NCBI RefSeq assembly: GCF_018977255.1
Contig: NW_024704743.1
Span: forward strand, 98,830,001 to 98,894,000
Reading direction: 5' to 3'
Length of the DNA: 64,000 bases
DNA from: Callorhinchus milii
Taxonomy: Eukaryota
Both the position numbers and the translations under genes were made by a program. The notes under the pieces are model-generated. The model was not told the DNA's origin, ran no database searches, and saw nothing but the letters and a program-made list of their open reading frames with translations. Positions 55,584 through 64,000 of the stretch are shown piece after piece; positions within the stretch are counted from its first letter, which is position 1; each line of letters opens with the position of its first letter.

Positions 55584-56463
55584 TGGTAAGGTATCATCAA
55601 TCTCACCCAAGAAAGTAGTGGGGAAGTTTTAAACTTAGCCCACTGCTTCCTCAGTGTGGGGGGGGAAAAAAAGAAAAATGTAGATCAAATGATGCCAGGG
55701 CACTCTTGCACACCAATCAAATACAATGGTATTGACAGACTCTTCAAACAAATTTATTTTACCTGGCCTGGAGAAATCTAAAAGATGGATTTTTGGTTTT
55801 AAAAAAATGTAAGAGACTCATAACAATTAATTTATGATCTAAGACTACATTTCGGGCCTTGTTATTTAATCAAAATGTCCATCCTAATGCTAGCCTTAAA
55901 CTAAACTACCTGTTATTAATGACAATCCCAACCCAATTCAAAATCTGTTAAATGATAAAATTAAAAATGTTGGATGAAAAGGCTGTGAAGGATTGTTTTT
56001 AAAAACTTTCATTTCAAGAAATTAAGTGTACTACAGGCACATATTTCAAATATTTCAGCAGTTGAAATCTATTCCAATTCTGTCCGAGTTTAAATGGCTA
56101 AATTTTAATGTGTATTTTGTGCCAATATCAAATACTTGAACGCTCATAATAAACACAAACAGTCCAACCATCTGTTTTTAAGCAAAGAAAACTAGCTTTC
56201 AAAATTTTTTTTGAAAAAAAACATGAGACGGCATAACAAATTTCTGATTATAAATTCTAAAAATCTGAATTATAGAGAGGTACAAGCCCATGCCAAGTCT
56301 TTTTATGGCTAAAAAAGTGCGCTAATAATCAGGTTCAGATTTCGGAGAATTTCAAGTGAAGTGATGGCACAGTATGAAGGAGAATACGACATGCAGAAGC
56401 AGCGTGTGAACTTTTTCTGATGGAGCTTGGTTTTCTAGAAAGTATGGCAAAGTATGACACAAT

Positions 56464-57392
56464 ACAACAACAAAATTACATTTGACTAGCACCTTTCACA
56501 TCGGGAGGATGTCCCACGGCACTGGACAGAGTTACGGACCTGAGCTGAGGGTAGCGGTGGGGGAGGGCGGGGAAGCAGGGAGATCGAAAGCATGGTCGAA
56601 GAGGAGGGTCTTGAGGAGGGTCTTGAAGGTGGCGAGGGAAGGGGGCGAGACAGAGAAACTGCGGGGTGGAGTTCCAGAGGGTGGGTGCAGAGTGTCAGAA
56701 GGCCCGCCTACCGATAGTGGGGCGAGAAAGGCGGGGGACGTGAAGCAGGCTGGAGCCCGCTGAGCGGAGTAAGCGAACAGGGTGGTAGGGGGTTAGGAGG
56801 TTGGCGAGGTAGGGGGGAGCAAGACCGTGGAGGGCTTTGAAGGTGAGGACCATGATCTTGAGCTATATCCTCTGTGTGATGAGAAGCCAGTGCAGTTGGA
56901 CGAGGATGGGGTTGATAGGGTCGAGGAGCCTAGTGTGGGAGAGGACATGGGCTGCAGAGTTCTGGATGATCTGCAGCCTATGGAGGGAGGAGTTGGGGAG
57001 GCCGACAAGCAATGAGTTTGCATAATCGAGTCTTGATGTAATGAAGGCGTGTATGAAGGTTTCGGCGGCCTGCGGTGTGAGACAGTGTCAGAGCCAGGCG
57101 ACGCTGCCGAGGTGAGAGAAGACAGAGTGGGTCATGGCACAGATGTGGGGTAGAAAGGATAGTTGACGGTCAAACAAGACCCCAAGGTTCCGGACTCGCT
57201 TAGCAAGGTGGAGTGTGTAACCATGGATGATGATGAAAGAGGTAGAGTTGGGTGTCATCCGCATACATGTGGAAGTTGACCCCATGTCTGCGGATGATAT
57301 CACCAAGAGGGAGCATGTTGAAGAGGAGGAGACCAAGGATAGAGCCCTGAGGAACGCCGCACAAGACAGTCCAGGGAGTAGAGGAGAAGCCG
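56464..57392 (-). mobile_element. L2-type LINE 5'-truncated copy
   Basis: GVPQGSILG / YADDTQLY remnants; L2 tail with (TTG)n. Confidence 0.88.
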
Positions 57393-58804
57393 TTTGAGGA
57401 GACTAAATGACCTTCTTAGGTGCTGTTATTTTTTTATGTTCAAGTGCAGCAACCAATGTTTCTGGCATGAACATGGAGCTCCGGTTGAACGTGAACAACT
57501 CTTTGTGCTGCATCTGATCACAATCTTGTACAAGATCAACAGCCCAACAGATCTCCCAGATGTTGCAGAGAATGGATCTTGGCACAGAGTGCCTGGTCTA
57601 CATGACTTTGGATTGCATGAGTCAAGAAACAAAAGATGTGTGTTTTCAGTATTCTAACAAATAGAACACTTTTACTCTACTGATAAAGGCTTTTTAGCAT
57701 ACTAAATTTGGTTAAAACCCAACTGACTGAGGTCACAGTCATGTATTCATGAAAACTTGAACTATACAATTAGAATTTTCAAATAACTACTAAATGACCC
57801 CAGGGATCAATGAAAAACACTCATATATTGACTGATAAAAGTCCACAAAATGTTAATGACAAGTTAACTGTTCAAAACAAAGACCGCTTACAGACACATG
57901 GGTCTGTGAAATTGCACCTATGCAAAGCACCCTTTTAAAAGCTTATCTTGATTTCCCTGTCTTCTTTCTGTATCTTCCTAAATCATGCTTCAGTTCCTCT
58001 CAATAACACTTCTGCCAACTGCCGGGAGTGGGGCAATGTACGATTTAGGGCAACTCCACCAAATGATCTTTCTCTCTTCCACTTGAGCAGCTTCTCCAAC
58101 TGAAAGAATTGTGGTGAAAGTCCACTATCCTGTACAATTTGTTAAAGCATTAACATAGATGTTCATCTTAACGTCAATTTTCAAAAGCAGTCCACACGGT
58201 AAGAAAGAAATTATATCAAGTCATTTACAAAAGTAACTGGCATCTTAAGGGGAAGAAACTTCCTGTATTAAAAAGTTTAGGAAACGGGTTCATAGACACA
58301 ACCACAACACAAATCCACTGCTTCTCATGACAATTGAGAATTAAAGAGAGGTTATAGATGAGAAGAGATTAGTTCCATCTAAATAATCTTTGCATTTCAT
58401 ATTGTAATATGTCAACAGAACATCAGGAAATGTCTAAGGAAATAAGTATATATGACAAATTTTAAATTGCAACACTTCCATAACACTCAAAATATCACAA
58501 AGCGTTTTGCAGGTAACTGCTATCAAGTGTAGCAATTTTGCATTTGTAGGCAAATGTGGCAACCAATTTGTACACAGAATTGTCCCCAAAACAGCCATAA
58601 AGCGGATGGCTAATCAAGGATTGAGGGCCTGTATATTGCGAGAAACTCTGTTCTCTTTTTAAAGAACCTTCATGTGATCTTTAATGCTTATGATACTGCA
58701 CAATTTCAGTTTAAAGTTTCATTGGAAAGTTACTCTTCTGACAAAGTAACACTCCCTTGGTAATGACAGTAAAATAATAAACCTTGCATTTGATATTTCA
58801 TTTT

Positions 58805-59040
58805 ATAATAATAATCCTTGCATTTGATATAGCGCATTCTCACATCTTCTGGACGTCTCAAAGCTCTTCACAGAATAAAGTGAATTGACTGTGTATTTTG
58901 TAGGCGAAATGCGGCAGCCAGTGTCCCACAAACAGTCGCAAATTGAGTGATTTTTTTAAAAGGGATTATTACCCCCGGAAAAGCGATCCATCAATCGACT
59001 AACAACCAGGTTCCTATTTACAGCTAGGTAAACAGTGGCT
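58805..59040 (-). mobile_element. SINE family A long variant, headless
   Basis: Tail plus extra internal segment. Confidence 0.78.
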
Positions 59041-61214
59041 TTCGCATTTTAATGTAAAAATTATTTATAGCTGACTGATTCTTTCGGAGATAGGGAACCA
59101 GTGAAGCCGGAGAAATTGGAAAAGGAGTTTAAGGAGGTCGCAGCCGGAGGGAAGGAGATGGCTTCTATCTTGTCCATGTTGATCTGCAGAACTTTGATGT
59201 CTGACACGCAGATGGACAGAAGAACATCAGTGCATCTGGGATTCATATCTTCACATAGTCAAACTGAAGGCAATGTTTACCACAGCAGTATATTATTTTG
59301 CAAAATAAATTACTATATGATTTGGTTTACCCATTTCTAATCTAAATACTTTTCTACCAAGTCATGATCTCACCTGAAAATGAATTCACTTCCCATTTTA
59401 TCTTCCTGTTTCAACATATAGACCATGAAATAATTTGGCACAATTCTTAGGAGATTGTATTTTACCAAGTACAAAAATAATGTCTCTTTTAAGTGCACTA
59501 GATTCTATAGATGCTACAAAATGTTAATATTCTCAAAACAAGGGTACAGAATACTGATGGCAACACTGTTACCGTAAACCCACTTACTGAGTTATTCTAA
59601 TATGAGCTACGAGGCTCATTTTGGGGAATGTCACTAAAATTAGCAGCTGAGAGCACGCAGAGTCAGTCATGTTCGCTTCACAGAACCCGGATTGGCCCAC
59701 AAAACACACAGTCAGTCCACTTCACAGTATGTTTTTTTACTTTGGGACATCCTCCTGACATGAAAGGCGCTATATCAAATACAAGGATTTTTTTTATTAT
59801 TATAAACTTGTTCCATGTTGTAGCATTTCTAAAGTACTATTGGTAGGGATTCTGGTGCTCGATTAAAGATTAGTGCCACTACTCTGCATAGAAGTCATAC
59901 TACACCCAACCTGGGGATAAAATATCTCCAGGCCACAACACTGACAGGCGTAATCTTAACAAAAACAAAATTTACTTTGTAAGAAATTGATCAATGGATT
60001 TCATAGTCCTGTTATAAACCTAATAATTTACCCAGGTTTGCACTTACAAATTAAATCATTAAGACTGGAGTAAAAAATATTACAACATCATTTCTGCTCA
60101 TCCAGGTATAAAATGTTAAGCTTGCTGAAAGCTTCAATACTGCACATTACAGAATGCATTTTAAACATTCTCAGAGTACATAACATTCTGGAAGAAAAAC
60201 AAGTTTTGAAACCTACTATGAATCTTGAAATGCAAAATTGCCAATTTTGCTTTTAGTCTTAAAAAAATTACATATTTTCTATCAAACTATGGATATATTT
60301 TTTAAAAAGAAGACTCAGATAAAAAAANCTATGAATAATTGCTTGATTTTTATATAAAAAAGCCCTACCCACAAAATGTAAATCATTTCCTGTTACAATG
60401 TGCATTTACATAGTGTCCTTCCGTTAAAATACTGCATAAACACATTGAACCAAGATTGATTTGAAATAAGTGAGTGTAATATTATTGCAATATGTTGTGT
60501 ATCATGGGACATAACTTTCCCATAAACAGCTAACTTGGATTTGTGCAAAATTTAACAGGACCCATGAGAATATTTATAATGTTCTTGGCTGAAAATTGAG
60601 TAACTGAAAGGTATCCATATCACAGAATTGTTCTTTTCAAAAAATAAAATAATCATGACCAATTCTTTAGTCTAACTTAATTTACAGTAGGAAATTAATT
60701 TTGTAGATTGTTCTCCCAAATTATACTTTGTTCAAAATATTTTCAATATTTCTAAAACATGTTATTTATATGTGTGTATATATATTATATATATGTATAA
60801 TATATATATAACACACACACATACACACTTGTACTTAACAATGTAGCTTTTTCACTTGGTACCTGATTCAGAACAATTCCAGTTTCAATAACCTGCAGTT
60901 GATATTTTCACTTTTAATTTTCCCCCTTTTCAAATTACCTTAATTTCCCCTTGATAAGATAATAAGCATTCGACCGGCTCACAATTTCTTGCATTAAGCT
61001 AAGAAATACGGTAAAGAACACCACCCCCGCCCCCAACATAGTGACTTTCCACCCCTACAGTGGCTCTGGTCAAAGTTTCCTTCTCATAGGGTGGCTATAT
61101 ATACATTTTTATTTTAGTCTGCTTCAGTCTTCAGGATTTAACCATCTTCTTTATTTAAATTTCATTTTTACTATGTGCAGCAACAAATTTAACATCATAA
61201 AACATTGAATTTTT

Positions 61215-61920
61215 TCAACAGCAACTTGCATTGATATAGGCCCTTCATGCGGGGTAGCATCCCAGAGAGACTCCATGGTGGTGGAGTTTGACAAGTCAGG
61301 GGGAGAGGGAGGTGACCGTAAGAACGATCAAAAAGGAAGATCTTTAGGCGGAATTTGAAGGTGGGGAGGGAAGTGGCAAGGCAGATGGATTGGCGAGAGA
61401 GTTCCAGAGTTTCATGGCGTAGTGGCCAAAGGCACGGCCACCGACAGTGGAACAGAGGGCAGGAGGAACAAACAAGAGGCCGGAGCCAGCCGGGCGGAGG
61501 CAGCGAGTGTTGGAGTGGGGGGGTAAGCAGGTTGAATAGGTAGGGAACTGCTAGGGAATGAAGCAATTGGAAAACGAGTGAGAGGATCTTGAAATCGATC
61601 CATTCAGTGATTGGGAGCCAGTGGAGCCTGGCAAGGACTGGTGTGATGGGGGTACATAGTTTTGTGAGGGTGAGTATCCAGGCTGCGGAGTTTTGAATTA
61701 TTTGGATTTTGTGTATGGTGGAACTGGGGAGACCAGTAAGGAGGGTATGGAATAGTCCAGCCAGGAAGTGACAAAGGCGTGGACAAGGGATTCAGCTGCA
61801 TCAATTGTGCGGTACGGGCAAAGACGTGGCAATGTGGTGGAGGTGGAAAAAAGTGGTACTGGTCAGGGAACGGATGTGTGGTAGAAAGGAAAGCTGGCGA
61901 TCGAACCAGACGCCTAAGTT
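61215..61920 (-). mobile_element. Older L2-type LINE 3' fragment
   Basis: FKFRLKIFLF peptide; L2-type tail. Confidence 0.75.
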
Positions 61921-62913
61921 GCGATGGGTTTGGAAAGTCTGAGGGAGAGCCTGGGGTATTTTAACAGAATGAAGCACAATTTGTGGTCGCTGAACAGCAT
62001 TAACATGAACATCAAAAGTAGTTCAATCCATTCGGATCACTCCATCATTCTATATTCTTTCACTGAAAGGGAATCTGATGGAATAAATTTGGCACAATGG
62101 TCAAACGATTGAAAGCTATCTCACAGTTTGTTTCCATTTCAGCGATCTCACAGTTTGTTTCCATTTCAATAAAAAGATTAGACAGTATATGACTGATAAT
62201 AAACTTGCTTTTGGAAATACTTAAGATATTATAAAGAAAAATAAGAATGTGGTTAAGAACAAAGATGTTCTACCAATCTTAACTTCTATTTGTTGCATTT
62301 TACACACGACATTATCTTGCAACTGGAAACACTCAACAAGAAAAGGCACGTTCTACATCACAATTATTTTCATGACTTATAACCATGGAATGAAGGAAAT
62401 ACAATAACAGCGATAACTGTAGTTATATTGGTTTATCACATGCCATTAAATTATTTGGGTCCGGACAATGGATTACAAAGGTTTTCATTCCAGACCATAC
62501 ATATGGGGTGAAGGTCCTGGCTCCACCCACATGAAATTAGTTTGTGAAGTTTTTATTCCTCTTGCTATTTGTGGAATATTTCTGGTACCAATTAGCTGCC
62601 ACATTTCACCTACACAGCAACATCCTATATTTCACATGATCTTTTCATTTTTCCTACAGTCACTACACTTTAAACTGAAAACTTCAGCAGCTTGGGACGT
62701 CTTCCCGACGTGAAAGGCACTATACAAAGGTAATTTGTTGTTGTTGAAGAATCCTATCAAGCGCTTTGAGAGGTCCTCTTGACGTGAAAGAATAAAAATT
62801 ATTATGATGTATTAGAGGTACCCGTTGCAGCTATGCTTGCAACCATGTTGCAAACAGTCGGGGATTGCATGACCAACGACTGCACATGTGTGATAATATA
62901 ATAATATAAATAT

Positions 62914-63219
62914 AATAATCCTTGCATTTGATATAGTGCTTTTCACGTCTTCTCGACGTCGCAAAGCGCTTCACAGAATAGACTGTAAAGTGAATTGACT
63001 GTATATTTGTGAGCGAAATGCGGCAGCCAATTGCACACAGCAGTGTCCCACAAACAGTCGTGGATCAAAAATGACCAATTCATTATTGTTTTGTCTTGGA
63101 GGGATTATTATTAGGCGTGTGGAGTAAGGAAATTTGCTCAAGGTTTTGCCCTGCCTGGAATTGAACCCAGGTGTCTCGCTTGCAAGGCGAGTGCTCTAAC
63201 CACTGAGCTACAGGACTCC
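62914..63219 (-). mobile_element. tRNA-derived SINE family A, short variant (well preserved)
   Basis: GGAGTCCTGTAGCTCAGTGGTTAGAGCACTCGCCTTGCAAGCGAG head (tRNA-Ala(TGC)-like), body and tail. Confidence 0.9.
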
Positions 63220-64000
63220 ACTGATAATCTTGTTTAGGTCATAGCTCATCAGCGATAGGAGTTCCCCCCCAAAAAAAATATGCCCATGACATCTCCCATG
63301 CAAGACCTTTCCAATCAGGTATAAATTCTGTCTCTATGTTAATTGGTTATTGCGTTAATGACAGACAGACACATAGACATTTCGTCTTTATTAGTATAGT
63401 TGATCATCTCATTCTTTGTTATTAGTTTTAGAGTCCATCAGCCTTGGATTCAGAAATATGTAAAGGGACCAACCGCATTGTACCTCTTTTTAAAAAAAAG
63501 ATTAAATTCTCCCTTTTATATCTCTTCCTACTCCAAATTTACCCCAAATTCAAATCAATATCCACTCAGCTCATTGATGGCACAAATTAGCTGTCATGTT
63601 TGCCTATATTATATAACATTCACTTCATTTCTGATGAATTTTTTTTGCAAAGCACTGCCGGTATATATGTGAAGGGCATCATATAAATTCAAGTTGTTGG
63701 AAGACTCAACTCAATTTCATATCAATTTAATTATTTAGTATTAACAGTGCATCATTCCGGAAAGCACCAACTCTTACTAGGGCATGGATCCAGGTACCTG
63801 ACACACTAGAGTACTTCATCTATATGACTTTTCTGTATGCACAAGAGTAGGCAGTGTGCCAGCACACAATTCAATTGTGGACCCCTCAAAGGATTTACTC
63901 TAATATGAAGTGACCGTATTTGTATTTCAAGTGACATGTGGGAGCCAACATGCAGACAGCAATGTTCCACAAATAATCATGGGGTCAATGTCCATTTTTT

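Noticed and set aside
57394..57657. Overlapping 60-87 aa ORFs next to an L2
   Set aside because: No recognisable protein motif or convincing splice-site pair.
57950..58110. Possible cryptic exon in intron 1 (ttctttcag|TTGGAGAAG... on minus strand)
   Set aside because: Hits a stop codon in the frames I read, has no similarity to the ROCK N-terminus and no clear donor.
62118..62168. 24-bp direct repeat (also an 18-bp duplication near 32170-32203)
   Set aside because: Simple local tandem duplications with two units and no spacers; not CRISPR-like.
62914..63219. tRNA-Ala-like sequences as tRNA genes
   Set aside because: They lack a proper acceptor stem and run directly into SINE bodies and tails; they are SINE heads.
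31759..64000. ROCK1 exon 1 / promoter
   Set aside because: No CpG island or MS...DCLL-type exon was found by eye; it presumably lies beyond the window.

Overview
This is eukaryotic (vertebrate) genomic DNA, most likely from a cartilaginous fish. That assignment is inferred from the repeat content (Deu-domain SINEs, L2 and CR1 LINEs, Penelope-type hairpin elements). The whole window lies inside one minus-strand gene, ROCK1 (Rho-associated coiled-coil kinase 1). I mapped 26 consecutive coding exons (exons 2-27 in human numbering, 31758 down to 3530). All have GT-AG boundaries and splice into one open frame of 3274 nt (1091 codons + 1 nt) covering the kinase domain, coiled coil and Rho-binding domain. 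Exon 1 (beyond 64000) and the PH/C1 exons 28 onward (below 1) are outside the window. Introns contain tRNA-derived SINEs, L2/CR1 fragments, a hAT remnant with an 8-bp TSD and a MITE. The best leads are: (i) an in-phase candidate alternative exon just after exon 27 that would give a PH-less ROCK1 and may be related to the ROCK2m exon; (ii) Penelope-type hammerhead-ribozyme motifs, one as a head-to-head 61-bp palindrome; (iii) an isolated 76-nt hairpin in intron 1; (iv) substitutions at conserved ROCK1 sites. No prokaryotic-type system or CRISPR array is present.
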